Positions 11,256 to 20,910 of a DNA stretch of 64,000 nt are shown piece by piece. Made by a program: the position numbers and the translations under genes. Below the pieces are notes generated by a model. It was not told the origin of the DNA and did no database searches. It was given only the letters and a program-made list of their open reading frames with translations. Source of the stretch: Candidatus Omnitrophota bacterium (GTDB taxonomy: Bacteria; Omnitrophota; Gorgyraeia; Zapsychrales; Fredricksoniimonadaceae); the NCBI GenBank assembly GCA_030650275.1, contig JAUSEK010000001.1:101-64100 (forward strand). The letters are read 5' to 3'. Position 1 is the stretch's first letter, and the number at the start of each line of letters is the position of its first letter.

Positions 11256-11813
11256 TTATTTTAGCTGGAAAGATTTCAGGGCTTCTTCGACCTTTGAAGA
11301 GGACTGGGGATATTTGCGGATGGTGGTCAGAAATGTCAGGATATAGGCCTGGTCCCTGCGGATGGTCCAGGCCACGACGGCTTTAAGATTATCGGGTTTG
11401 GGCGCCTCGAACACCAGGCGATGCCCCTTGCGGCCGCCAAACGCAATGGGCTTGTCTTCAATGATCTTGATATTGGTCTTAAAGACCGCTGCCGTCTGCT
11501 CGACGATGGTCCGGCTGAAGGTCTTGATGCTGGCGATCTCGTCAGGCACGGGCTGGATGGTGATGTTGATGTTCTCGCGAAAGACGTCCAGGGCGGTTTC
11601 TTTGGGGGACAAAAAGACAACCGCCACCCCCGGCTGCGGACTTTCGATCACCTGCCAGTTTTTGGGATAACGGACAAAGAATTTATACGAAGAATTCTGA
11701 TAATCCGCGAATTGGCCGGCATGATAAACGATCAAAATAATGCCGGCCGCCATGGCCAGGGCGGCCATAGCCCCCACGGTAATCAAAATGTTCTTTTTGG
11801 TTTGGGTCTTCAT
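11256..11813 (-). CDS. PsbP-like / DUF1795-type exported protein, N-terminally anchored
   Basis: N-terminal TM/signal segment followed by the ...YPKNWQV...VVFLSP...ITIQPV...AYILTFLT...SFQLK pattern typical of the PsbP-like fold. Confidence 0.5.
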   Translation of the reverse strand: MKTQTKKNILITVGAMAALAMAAGIILIVYHAGQFADYQNSSYKFFVRYPKNWQVIESPQPGVAVVFLSPKETALDVFRENINITIQPVPDEIASIKTFSRTIVEQTAAVFKTNIKIIEDKPIAFGGRKGHRLVFEAPKPDNLKAVVAWTIRRDQAYILTFLTTIRKYPQSSSKVEEALKSFQLK

Positions 11814-13967
11814 CTATGAATAAAATTTCTTACCCCGGTCTCTCAATTGGATCAGATACCGGCAGGGCTTGAAACGCCCGTCCTTGAACCTGGTTTCCAG
11901 GGCCTCCATCTGTTTGACAAGGGCCTCGATGCCGACGCTGTCGGCATAACGCAAAAGCCCTCCCCGAAACGGCGGGAACCCCGTGCCCATGATCATGCCC
12001 GTGTCCACCGTATCAGCCCCGTCCACAATCCCCTCTTGAAGGACCATGGCCGCCTCATTGATCATGATGCCGATCATGCGCCCGATCGCCTCTTTTTCAT
12101 CAAACCGGCCGCTGTTTTTGACCAAGGCGGTGATCTGGCCATTGACCGCGCCCCGCCTGCCGGCGGGGTGCACATAAAAACCTTTACCGGATTTTTTACC
12201 CAGCCATTTCATTTCATAGGCCTTGTTGAAAATACCGCAGGGCGCGAACCTGTGCCCCAAGCCGGCCTCCAAAATATGCAGGACCTTGACCCCGACGTCC
12301 AGGCCGACCTCATCGGATAAAGTGAAGGGCCCCATGGGCAAGCCGAAATCCGTGGCAATTTTGTCAATGCGCTCGATGGACCCGCCTTCTTCCAAAAGAC
12401 GTCCAGCCTCATTGACATAACCCAACAGCACGCGGTTGACCAAAAAGCCCGGCGCGTCCTTGACGATGACCGGGATCTTCCCCAAACGTTTGGCGAATTC
12501 AATGGCCGTGACCAGGGTTTCTTTGGAGATCTGCGGGGTCGTGATGACCTCGATCAAAGGCATGCGGTGCACGGGGTTAAAAAAATGAAAACCCACCACC
12601 CTGGACGGGTCTTTGACGATGGCCGCCATTTGGGTCACGGACAGCGACGAGGTATTGGACGCCAGGATGGCGCGTACCGGTAAGGCATCGCTCAAGTCCT
12701 TAAAGACCTTTTTCTTGATGTCCATGTCCTCCACCACCGCCTCAATGGCGATATCGCAATCGGAAAAGCCGATATAGTCCACGGCACCGGAGATCATGGC
12801 CATTTTATTGGCCACCTCATGCGGCTTCATGCGCCGGCGTTTAAGGGCTTGGTTGTACACGTCATACGCGGCCTTGAATCCTTTGGCCACGGCGTCATAA
12901 TTGATATCTTTGAGCCGCACCCATACCCCGCGATTGCTCAACAACTGGGCAATGCCCCCGCCCATGACACCAGCCCCGATCACCGCGACCTTACAGATCG
13001 GCAGGGGCTGGACACCATCGCATCCGGGCGCTGTCAATTTCTTGAATTTCTCCGAGAGGAAAAATACTTTGACCAGATTTTTAGAAACAGGCGTAACGAC
13101 CAATTGGGCGAACGCGGTGGACTCCATGTCTAAAGCGGTGTCCCTCTTTGAGGAAAATGTCTTTTGGACCACGTCCAGCGCCTTGAGCGGTGCTGGATAA
13201 AAACCCTTGGTGCTTTTCAGGACTTCCTTACGCGATCGTCCAAAGACGACACTGCGGCCCAACGAAGTATTTTCAAGGAAAGCGTCCATGCCTTTGCGGG
13301 GATTTGGACGAAAGATCCGCTGGTTGGGCACACGGACGATCTCCCCGATGAATTCGGCCAAGCGCTGCGGCAGGCCTGCCTGCGGATAAAGACGGTCCAC
13401 CAGCCCCATCCTGAAAGCCGCCTCGGCGCTGACCGGAGCGCCGGAAAGGATGAGTTTCAAGGACCCCTGCAAACCGACCAGACGCGGCAGACGAAAAGTA
13501 CCGCCAAAACCCGGAACGATCCCCAGATTGACCTCCGGCAAACCGATCTTCACCTTATCATTGAACGTCGCGATACGGTAACGGCATGCCAAAGCCAGTT
13601 CGCATCCGCCCCCCAGGGCCGCGCCGTCAATGACAGCCACCGTCGGGAAAGCCAAGTCCTCCAATTTGTCCAGAACCCTTTGCCCGGCCTGCGATTTGGC
13701 CTTGCCGTCGTTGACCTCAACGATGTTCTCGATCTCCTTAATGTCCGCGCCGGCGATAAAAATGTCCTTTTTCGCGCTTTGGATGATGAGGGCCGTCAGC
13801 GGGGGCCTGTTCTTGATCTCGTCAAGGATCCTGTCAAAACGGGTGATCACGTCAGCGGTCAGCACATTGACCTTGACGTCGGGGGCGTCAAAGGTGATGA
13901 TCCCGATGCTGGCTTCCTGTTTAAAAAATACGGGCATTTGATTTCCTTTAATGTACGGGCACGGCAT
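11814..13967 (-). CDS. fatty-acid oxidation complex alpha subunit (enoyl-CoA hydratase / 3-hydroxyacyl-CoA dehydrogenase, FadJ/FadB type)
   Basis: 717 aa; N-terminal crotonase fold, VIGAGVMGGGIAQL NAD-binding motif and C-terminal 3HCDH domains. Confidence 0.9.
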   Translation of the reverse strand: MPCPYIKGNQMPVFFKQEASIGIITFDAPDVKVNVLTADVITRFDRILDEIKNRPPLTALIIQSAKKDIFIAGADIKEIENIVEVNDGKAKSQAGQRVLDKLEDLAFPTVAVIDGAALGGGCELALACRYRIATFNDKVKIGLPEVNLGIVPGFGGTFRLPRLVGLQGSLKLILSGAPVSAEAAFRMGLVDRLYPQAGLPQRLAEFIGEIVRVPNQRIFRPNPRKGMDAFLENTSLGRSVVFGRSRKEVLKSTKGFYPAPLKALDVVQKTFSSKRDTALDMESTAFAQLVVTPVSKNLVKVFFLSEKFKKLTAPGCDGVQPLPICKVAVIGAGVMGGGIAQLLSNRGVWVRLKDINYDAVAKGFKAAYDVYNQALKRRRMKPHEVANKMAMISGAVDYIGFSDCDIAIEAVVEDMDIKKKVFKDLSDALPVRAILASNTSSLSVTQMAAIVKDPSRVVGFHFFNPVHRMPLIEVITTPQISKETLVTAIEFAKRLGKIPVIVKDAPGFLVNRVLLGYVNEAGRLLEEGGSIERIDKIATDFGLPMGPFTLSDEVGLDVGVKVLHILEAGLGHRFAPCGIFNKAYEMKWLGKKSGKGFYVHPAGRRGAVNGQITALVKNSGRFDEKEAIGRMIGIMINEAAMVLQEGIVDGADTVDTGMIMGTGFPPFRGGLLRYADSVGIEALVKQMEALETRFKDGRFKPCRYLIQLRDRGKKFYS

Positions 13968-13982
13968 GCCGTGCCCCTACAG

Positions 13983-15260
13983 TCAACGTTCCAAAACTAC
14001 GGCTGCCCCCTGGCCTCCGCCAATACACAAAGACACTAATCCCCTATTGAGGTTATTGCGTTTCAAATGTTTCAACATGGTCAAAATGAGCCGCGCCCCG
14101 GTGGCACCGACGGGATGCCCCAAAGCCACGGCCCCGCCGTTGACGTTCAGCTTGGCCGGATCTATGGACCCTGTATACCCCTCATAACCGAATTGCTTGG
14201 CGAATTGCGGCGAATCCATGGCTTTCAAACAAGCCAAGACCTGCACGGCAAAGGCCTCATTGATCTCAACGGCCTGCATGTCGGACAATTTCAAACCCGC
14301 TTTCTTTAAAGCTATGGGAATGGCGTGGGCCGGGCCTATGCCCATGCGCCGCGGCTCCACTCCGGCAAAAGCGAAAGACCGGATATACCCCAGGGGCTCA
14401 AGGCCCAATTCTTTCGCGCGGCTTTCGGAAGCGACCAAAAGGGCCACAGCCCCGTCGGTGATCTGGCTGGCGTTGCCGGCCGTGACCGTGCCGCCGGTCC
14501 TGTCAAACACGGCTTTTAATTTACCCAGGGCCTCCATGGTCTGCCCCTCGCGGGGACCATTGTCATCCATCACAAGTTCCCTGAATTTCGGACCCGGAAT
14601 GACCGGCACGATCTCCTGGCGCAGCGCATAGCGGCCGGCAATGGCCTTTTGATGGCTCAACAAAGAAAATTCGTCCTGTTCTTTGCGCGTAATGCCGAAT
14701 TCCTTGGCCAGCACCTCCGCGGTCTGCCCCATGCCCAAACCGCAGACCGGATCGGTCAAGCCCAGCATGAGACCGATGCGCGGGCTGAAATGACGCGGAC
14801 GAAATTTTAAAAAGGCCCACAACCTGGCCACGGCTGTTTTGGCCCTCTGCACTTCGCCGAATATCTCCTGCGTGTCTTTGCGGAAAAAAAACGGGATATT
14901 GCTCATGGATTCGGTGCCGCCGGCCAAAATACAGCGGCCTTCCCCGGTCCTGATCCTGACGGCGGCGCTCACCACGGCCTCGATGCCGGAAGCGCAATTG
15001 CGATGCACGGTGAAAGCCGGCGTCGTCACAGGGATGCCGGCCAGCAAAGCGATGACGCGCGCCACGTTGGCGGCGTCCATCGGCTGGGCCACGTTGCCGA
15101 AGATCACCTCGTCGATGACCTTGACATCAAGCGCCATACGGTCGATCAGTTCCCGCGCGGCGATGCGCGCCAATTCCTGCGCGCTCAAATCATTAAAAGC
15201 CGTCCCCATCTTGCAAAACGGGGTCCTGATGCCGTTGACGACCGCGATCCTTTCCATCAT
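13983..15260 (-). CDS. acetyl-CoA C-acyltransferase (3-ketoacyl-CoA thiolase)
   Basis: Thiolase motifs NASQITDGAVALLV and CIGGGQGAAVVLE; 425 aa. Confidence 0.9.
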   Translation of the reverse strand: MMERIAVVNGIRTPFCKMGTAFNDLSAQELARIAARELIDRMALDVKVIDEVIFGNVAQPMDAANVARVIALLAGIPVTTPAFTVHRNCASGIEAVVSAAVRIRTGEGRCILAGGTESMSNIPFFFRKDTQEIFGEVQRAKTAVARLWAFLKFRPRHFSPRIGLMLGLTDPVCGLGMGQTAEVLAKEFGITRKEQDEFSLLSHQKAIAGRYALRQEIVPVIPGPKFRELVMDDNGPREGQTMEALGKLKAVFDRTGGTVTAGNASQITDGAVALLVASESRAKELGLEPLGYIRSFAFAGVEPRRMGIGPAHAIPIALKKAGLKLSDMQAVEINEAFAVQVLACLKAMDSPQFAKQFGYEGYTGSIDPAKLNVNGGAVALGHPVGATGARLILTMLKHLKRNNLNRGLVSLCIGGGQGAAVVLER

Positions 15261-15263
15261 TTT

Positions 15264-16745
15264 TTACGCTTTCGGCCGGATATCCACGATCCGTTTTTCC
15301 TTGTTGGCCGTTTCCAGTTCCAGACGTTTGACCATTTCGGAAAGCGGGATGATCTTCACCTCGTTGGGGGAAATCTCCGCGCTGGCCACCAGTTTGCTTT
15401 TGACATCGTCCGCCAGAGCCGACGCATCCTGCCCTGCTTTAGGCGTGATGTACACGGCCACCTCGTCCACATCATAGGGATCATTGTTGTGTTTGCGGAT
15501 CTCGATCTGCCATTCCTCAACATACGGGATGTCGCTGATGACACTGCCGAAATGGCTCAAATTGACCAAAGCGCCTTTGATCTTGGACAATTGCAGGTCT
15601 TTATTGTCGGAAAGGCGGGTGATATCGCTCGACAACCGCAAGGTCGTCCTCCGGCAATAAGGACATGCCCCGTACGTCATGCCGCCTGTGACGATATCGC
15701 CGGTGCGGTAACGCAGGACAACGCTGGCACGGGCATCCAGCGCGGTATAGACCAGTTCCCCATCCTGGCCTTCTTCCTTGATCTGGCCTGTTTGCGGGTC
15801 AACGATCTCAAAGATCTCTTTGTCTGGATAAAGATGATAACCGCTGGAAACGTCATGGGGCGCCGGGCATTCGGCCCAGGCCGAACGCGCCTCTGTAAAA
15901 CCATAGGTCCCGAAAATAAAAACGTCCTTGGCCCCCTGCCGGGCGAGCATCCCGGAGAGTTTTGCTTTATACCCCGGGGTGACCTTGGCGGCGCCCAGCA
16001 CGATCTTTTTGATGTATGAGAGGTCCTGCCCTTTTTCCTGGGCAAAACGCACCAGATGATAAACGTAACTGGGCACGCCCAGGACCACCGACGGTTTGAT
16101 GCGCGAGAGCGCGACCATGTTGCCCTCGGTGCCCAGGACCTTTCCCCCGCCGGTGCTCAAAGAGAATACCCCCGATTCCAGCGCTCCGAAAAACACCTGC
16201 CAGAACGCCAGATGCGGGGCAAAAGGAAAAATGTTCATGATGCGCTCATCGGGCGCGATATCGAACAGACGCACCATCCGGCTTCCGGAAAGGTTCAAAT
16301 TGCCGATGTCAGCGCGGCTGTAGATAAAAGGCACGGGGCTGTTGGTCGTTCCGGTCGTGAACGTCATAAAGACCGGACGGTATTCGCGGCCCAGACGGTC
16401 CTGGACATGTTCTTTGCCTTTGCATAAAGACAGGGCCGCTAACTTCAATAATTCACTTTTGGGCCAAAAGCGGCGCATCTTTTCCTGGTCCGGCGCAAGG
16501 ACGAAATCGCGGAATTTCTGGGGGTTTTCTTTGGAAATGAGGTCCAGTTTGCTGGTGAAAGGAAGGTGCTTTAAGTCCGCGGTACCGCGGATATGGCGGG
16601 GATCAATGTTGTTGTCATCAAATAATTTGCGGTAATGGGGACTGAACGGATAAACGTGACGGTTGATGAAATGGCGTAACTTCCGGTCCTGGAGGGCTTT
16701 GACTTGAACGTACGATAAAGACGTGAGATCAGACCACGGATCCAT
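15264..16745 (-). CDS. PaaK-family adenylate-forming CoA ligase (phenylacetate-CoA ligase / F390 synthetase-like)
   Basis: N-terminal YVQVKALQDRKLRHFINRHVYPFSPHYRKLF...LPFTSKLDL and TTGTT P-loop-like motif. Start taken as MDPWSDL. Confidence 0.7.
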   Translation of the reverse strand: MDPWSDLTSLSYVQVKALQDRKLRHFINRHVYPFSPHYRKLFDDNNIDPRHIRGTADLKHLPFTSKLDLISKENPQKFRDFVLAPDQEKMRRFWPKSELLKLAALSLCKGKEHVQDRLGREYRPVFMTFTTGTTNSPVPFIYSRADIGNLNLSGSRMVRLFDIAPDERIMNIFPFAPHLAFWQVFFGALESGVFSLSTGGGKVLGTEGNMVALSRIKPSVVLGVPSYVYHLVRFAQEKGQDLSYIKKIVLGAAKVTPGYKAKLSGMLARQGAKDVFIFGTYGFTEARSAWAECPAPHDVSSGYHLYPDKEIFEIVDPQTGQIKEEGQDGELVYTALDARASVVLRYRTGDIVTGGMTYGACPYCRRTTLRLSSDITRLSDNKDLQLSKIKGALVNLSHFGSVISDIPYVEEWQIEIRKHNNDPYDVDEVAVYITPKAGQDASALADDVKSKLVASAEISPNEVKIIPLSEMVKRLELETANKEKRIVDIRPKA

Positions 16746-16780
16746 ACTTTTTAGTGTAGTATAACCCGCCGCGGGTGACG

Positions 16781-16830
16781 AGCGAAATCTCAAAAAAGAA
16801 ATCCCCGTTTCTGCCCAATGGCGGAAACGG
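16781..16830 (-). terminator. rho-independent terminator (13-bp stem AAATCCCCGTTTC / GAAACGGGGATTT) after the 16858-17268 gene
   Basis: Perfect 13-bp inverted repeat with 12-nt loop, followed on the minus strand by a U-run (plus strand caaaaaag). Confidence 0.6.
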
Positions 16831-16857
16831 GGATTTTCTTTCTCAAAGACGAATTAA

Positions 16858-17268
16858 TTACTTTTGCGCGGGAGCGGGAGCTGCAGCCGGAACAGCGGCA
16901 GGGGCCTCTTCCTCTTCAGCCGGATCTTCTTCGGCAGGAACAACAGGCGCTTTGGCTTCGGCAACTGCTTTGGCTAACTTCTCGGCGAACGGGGTCGAAT
17001 CAGAATCATAGGCGGCCTTGCCCTTAGGGCAGACATTGAAAGAAACGCCCTCGGCTTCCATCTTGGTATAATCATTGGGGTCATTCAAATTCAACTCACG
17101 GCCGGTCAAAGGACAGATCTTGTTGCCCGCTTCTATAACAACAGGGGCGGCGGGTTCGGCGGCAACGGCAGGTTCTGCGGTAACAGCGGGTTCGGGGGCG
17201 GTTTGGGCGAAAACAATACCCGCGGCAAGAGCGAATGCGGCGGTCAAAACAACCAATTCCTTATTCAT
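16858..17268 (-). CDS. secreted Ala/Pro/Glu-rich protein with a YHS/TRASH-like Cys motif
   Basis: Signal peptide MNKELVVLTAAFALAAGIVFAQ. CPLTG...(x18)...EGVSFNVCPKGKAAY resembles the YHS domain. Low-complexity AP/E-rich C-terminus. AGGAGAG RBS. Confidence 0.5.
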   Translation of the reverse strand: MNKELVVLTAAFALAAGIVFAQTAPEPAVTAEPAVAAEPAAPVVIEAGNKICPLTGRELNLNDPNDYTKMEAEGVSFNVCPKGKAAYDSDSTPFAEKLAKAVAEAKAPVVPAEEDPAEEEEAPAAVPAAAPAPAQK

Positions 17269-17342
17269 AACTTCTCTCCTTTTTTTAGATAAGAACTATT
17301 TCTTATACATTACCACAGATGAAAACTTTTCCAAACATTTTT

Positions 17343-18455
17343 TTAAGAGCCCCTGGCGCACAGTTTCTTTGTTTTCTCTTCAATGCAGGCCGTCAATTCT
17401 TCAAAAGACCTCTCGAACGCCAAAAGGCCTTCATCCAGCAATTTCAGGCACAGGACATTGACGTCCATGCCCGATGCCCTCAATTCCTCCAGGGCGCGCT
17501 GGGACGCGGCCACATCCTTAAAGACCGCCGCAGTCTTCAGCGTCCCGTGATCTAAAAACGCTTCCAGGGTCTTCTCCGGCAGGGTATTGACCGTAGGACG
17601 GACGATCAGTTCCGTGACGTATTTGATATCGCTGTAACAGGGATCCTTGGTCCCGGTCGAAGCCCACAGCACGCGCTGAACGCGGGCGCCTTTGGCTTCA
17701 AGTGTTTTGAAATCAGCGCCGGAAAAGGTCTGGCCGAACTTATGAAAAATGATCGCGCAATTGTGCACCGCGGCGCGCCCCTTCAAAGACGCTTTTTCCT
17801 CGCCCAGCCATTTGTCCACGGCCGTATCAATGCGGCTGACGAAAATGCTGGCCACCGAACGGACCTTGCTGACATCTCCGCCTTCCTGGGCAAAACGGCT
17901 TAATCCTTTGATATAACTCCAGGCCACCTGCTGGTATTGTTCAGCGGAAAAAATGAGGGTCGCGTTGACGTTAACGCCTTCGGCGATCAACTGTTCAACC
18001 ACCAGACAGCCGTTTTTGGTGGCCGGGACCTTGATCATCACATTGGGCCGCGCCAATTTTTTCCAGAGACGCAGCCCTTCCATGAATTGCGCCTGGATTT
18101 CCCTGCCCAATTTCGGGTTGATCTCCAAACTGACATAACCGTCCAAACCTTTGGTCTCTGCATAGACCTCTTTAAAAAGGTCAGCGGCATCCTGAACGTC
18201 CTTGATGGTCAGATCGTCGTAGATCTCAAATGTGGACTTGCCGGCTTCCGCTAATTCTATGATACGGCTGTCATAATCGGCGCTGGACGTGACGGCCTGT
18301 TTGAAGATGGTTGGGTTGGACGTTTGCCCGCGCAGTCCCTGGTCAATGAGGGATTTGAGACGGCCGGAGGCGATCATAGAGCGGCTGATATTGTCGATCC
18401 AAAAACTCTGGCCGAGGGCCGCGATCTCGTGCATCTTTGTTTTAGGCATGATCAT
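17343..18455 (-). CDS. tal: transaldolase
   Basis: 370 aa; conserved WIDNISR / TSNPTI transaldolase motifs. Confidence 0.9.
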   Translation of the reverse strand: MIMPKTKMHEIAALGQSFWIDNISRSMIASGRLKSLIDQGLRGQTSNPTIFKQAVTSSADYDSRIIELAEAGKSTFEIYDDLTIKDVQDAADLFKEVYAETKGLDGYVSLEINPKLGREIQAQFMEGLRLWKKLARPNVMIKVPATKNGCLVVEQLIAEGVNVNATLIFSAEQYQQVAWSYIKGLSRFAQEGGDVSKVRSVASIFVSRIDTAVDKWLGEEKASLKGRAAVHNCAIIFHKFGQTFSGADFKTLEAKGARVQRVLWASTGTKDPCYSDIKYVTELIVRPTVNTLPEKTLEAFLDHGTLKTAAVFKDVAASQRALEELRASGMDVNVLCLKLLDEGLLAFERSFEELTACIEEKTKKLCARGS

Positions 18456-19393
18456 TTTCTTTTGATGACCTTTTTGACCGCTTCAATGATATTGACGTCC
18501 TTCAAACCGTAGTGCGCCTGCAACTGGGCAGGCGTACCGCTTTCGCCGAACGAGTCCTTGACCCCGATGATCTCCATGGGGGCCGGGGCATGCTCTGCTA
18601 CAACTTCAGCGACGGCGCTACCCAAACCGCCGGCCATTTGATGCTCTTCCGCCGTGACAATGGCGCCCGTTTCCTTGACGGAAACGACAATGGCTTGGAT
18701 ATCAATGGGTTTGATGGTGTGCATGTTCACGACTTTAACGCTGATGCCCTCATGAAACAATTTTTCGGCCGCGGACAAGGCCTCGGACACCATGGCCCCG
18801 CAGGCAATGACCGTAACATCCTTACCCTTGCGCAGGACATTGGCTTTGCCGATGACAAACGGGTCTTCTTGTTTGGTGATGATGGGAAGCGGCGCGCGGC
18901 TGGTGCGCATATAAAAAGGGCCAGGCGTATTGGTGATGGCGCGGGTGGCTTTTTTGGCTTCAAGGACATCCGCGGGGCAGATGACCCTCATGTTGGGCAA
19001 AACCCGCATGATGGCAAAGTCCTCCAGGCACTGGGCGCTGGCCCCGTCTTCCCCGACGGTCACGCCGCCGTGCGAGCAGACCACCTTGACATTGCAATTG
19101 TTGTAGCAGATGTCCAGGCGGATCATGTCATAGGCGCGGTTGGTCAAAAACACGGCAAACGACGTGGCAAAGACGACGAAACCCTGGGTGCTTAAACCCG
19201 CGGCCGTGCCGATCACGTCCTGTTCCGCGATGCCGAGGTTAAAAAAACGTTCGGGGAATTCTTTCTTGAAATATTCCGCGCGGGTGGCGTCTTCCAGGTC
19301 GCCGGAAACCACGACAATGTTCTGATTGACGCGGCCCAAAGCCGTTATTTCTTCGCCGAAACCGTCACGGGTCGGGATGGGTTTTAATTCCAT
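18452..19393 (-). CDS. transketolase, C-terminal (pyrimidine-binding) subunit
   Basis: 313 aa; the Pyr and C-terminal transketolase domains as a separate polypeptide. Confidence 0.9.
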   Translation of the reverse strand: MELKPIPTRDGFGEEITALGRVNQNIVVVSGDLEDATRAEYFKKEFPERFFNLGIAEQDVIGTAAGLSTQGFVVFATSFAVFLTNRAYDMIRLDICYNNCNVKVVCSHGGVTVGEDGASAQCLEDFAIMRVLPNMRVICPADVLEAKKATRAITNTPGPFYMRTSRAPLPIITKQEDPFVIGKANVLRKGKDVTVIACGAMVSEALSAAEKLFHEGISVKVVNMHTIKPIDIQAIVVSVKETGAIVTAEEHQMAGGLGSAVAEVVAEHAPAPMEIIGVKDSFGESGTPAQLQAHYGLKDVNIIEAVKKVIKRK

Positions 19394-19394
19394 A

Positions 19395-20246
19395 TTATTT
19401 TCCGCCAGAGGCGGATCCGCCTCCGGCGGACAATTCCTTTAATGCCTGGGCCAATTGCTCTTGATTAGGTGCCTTGCCGTGCCAGGCGCTTTTGCCTTCC
19501 ATGAATGAAACGCCTTTGCCTTTGACCGTGTGGGCGATGATGACCGAAGGTTTGCCCTGGATGTCTTTGAGCGCGTCAAACGCCGCAACCAGGTCCTTGA
19601 TGCTGTGCCCGTTGACCTCAAAAACATGCCAGCCGAACGAAGCCCATTTTTGACCCAGCGGCTCCAAATTTTTGATCTCATTGGTGGGGCCGTTCTCCTG
19701 CACCTTGTTGTAATCCACGATGGCGCAGACATGGTCAAGTTTGTAGTGGGCCGCGGTCATGGCCGCTTCCCACACCGACCCTTCCTGGATCTCGCCGTCG
19801 CCCAGGAGGCAATAGACCTTGAAATCCTTGCCGCGCATCCGGGCGCCCAAAGCAATGCCGTTGGCGAACGCAAGCCCATGCCCCAAAGACCCGGTGCTGA
19901 ATTCAACGCCCGGGACCTTGGTATGCACGTGGCCCTGCAGACGGGCGCCGAACTTGCGGAATGTTTTTAATTCTTCTTTGGGGAAATAACCGAAATTGGC
20001 CAGCGTCACATAAACCACGGGGCTGACATGGCCTTTGGAAATGATGAGGCGGTCGCGGCCCTCCCATTTCGGATCAGACGGCTTATGGCTCATCTGATGC
20101 CCATAAAGGGTGAGCATGATCTCGACGCTGGACAAGGAACCGCCCGGATGGCCGGAACCGGCGCAGGCGAGGGTCTCTAAGATCTCATGGCGTATTTGAA
20201 CGGCTTGACGTTCGAGGGAAACGATATCGAGCGGCTTTACAGACAC
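19395..20246 (-). CDS. transketolase, N-terminal (TPP-binding) subunit
   Basis: AGSGHPGGSLS and GDG...E TPP motifs. Start uncertain (GTG near 20246); the ORF-track 5' extension would overlap the lipoate ligase gene. Confidence 0.85.
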   Translation of the reverse strand: MSVKPLDIVSLERQAVQIRHEILETLACAGSGHPGGSLSSVEIMLTLYGHQMSHKPSDPKWEGRDRLIISKGHVSPVVYVTLANFGYFPKEELKTFRKFGARLQGHVHTKVPGVEFSTGSLGHGLAFANGIALGARMRGKDFKVYCLLGDGEIQEGSVWEAAMTAAHYKLDHVCAIVDYNKVQENGPTNEIKNLEPLGQKWASFGWHVFEVNGHSIKDLVAAFDALKDIQGKPSVIIAHTVKGKGVSFMEGKSAWHGKAPNQEQLAQALKELSAGGGSASGGK

Positions 20247-20277
20247 GCAAAGAGTATATTCAAATCCATTTTGTTCG

Positions 20278-20910
20278 TCAAGACAAAAGCCTGCGCAGAT
20301 GAACCTTGAACGCGGCCGGGTCAATGGGGACATTGGTCACGAAATCCGCGTGGGGACGGCCTTTGCGGTATTCGGGAACGTCTTTGGGTATGGCCAGATA
20401 TCTGGTGATCAGGGACAGGTCAAAATCATAAAGGATGGTGCCGTGATGCAGGATATGATCCTTGCCCCGTTTCTGGGCATTGCCGGAGAATTTCTTTTCG
20501 CTGCCCGCTAAAACAATATCAGAAGTAGGCCGAAACAGGGCTTTGACCCCCAATGGCTCCAGGGCGGCAATGACCTTGGCGCTGATCCATTCATAGGACT
20601 TGCGCAGATCGTTGAGAACGGGATATTGTATTTTAGAAAGGACCAGCGCGTAGTTGAGGCAGCCGGGCCCCTGCACCACCGTGCCTCCGCCGGAAGCGCG
20701 GCGCAAAATGGGGATGCCATCAGCTTCGGCCTCTTTGAGGCGGACATCTTCTTCGATCTTCCCGATGCGGCCGACCACGATAAAAACGCGCGGGGATTCC
20801 CAAAAACGCACAACAGGCCCCGCCCCCTCCTTATCAGCTAAACGCAATAAATTCTCATCAAAATCAATATTTTGCCGGGGATCGGGGAATGAAACATCTT
20901 CAAAACGCAT
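20278..20910 (-). CDS. lipoate-protein ligase / octanoyltransferase catalytic domain (LplA N-domain / LipM-like)
   Basis: RRASGGGTVVQGPGCLNYALV motif of the BPL/LplA/LipB superfamily; 210 aa, no C-terminal accessory domain. Confidence 0.78.
   Translation of the reverse strand: MRFEDVSFPDPRQNIDFDENLLRLADKEGAGPVVRFWESPRVFIVVGRIGKIEEDVRLKEAEADGIPILRRASGGGTVVQGPGCLNYALVLSKIQYPVLNDLRKSYEWISAKVIAALEPLGVKALFRPTSDIVLAGSEKKFSGNAQKRGKDHILHHGTILYDFDLSLITRYLAIPKDVPEYRKGRPHADFVTNVPIDPAAFKVHLRRLLS

Noticed and set aside
11027-11386. 119-aa plus-strand ORF
   Set aside because: Overlaps the better-supported minus gene 11256-11813 by 130 bp and has no RBS or recognisable fold. The internal MINMMAFDQ... segment might be a tiny real ORF but cannot be supported.
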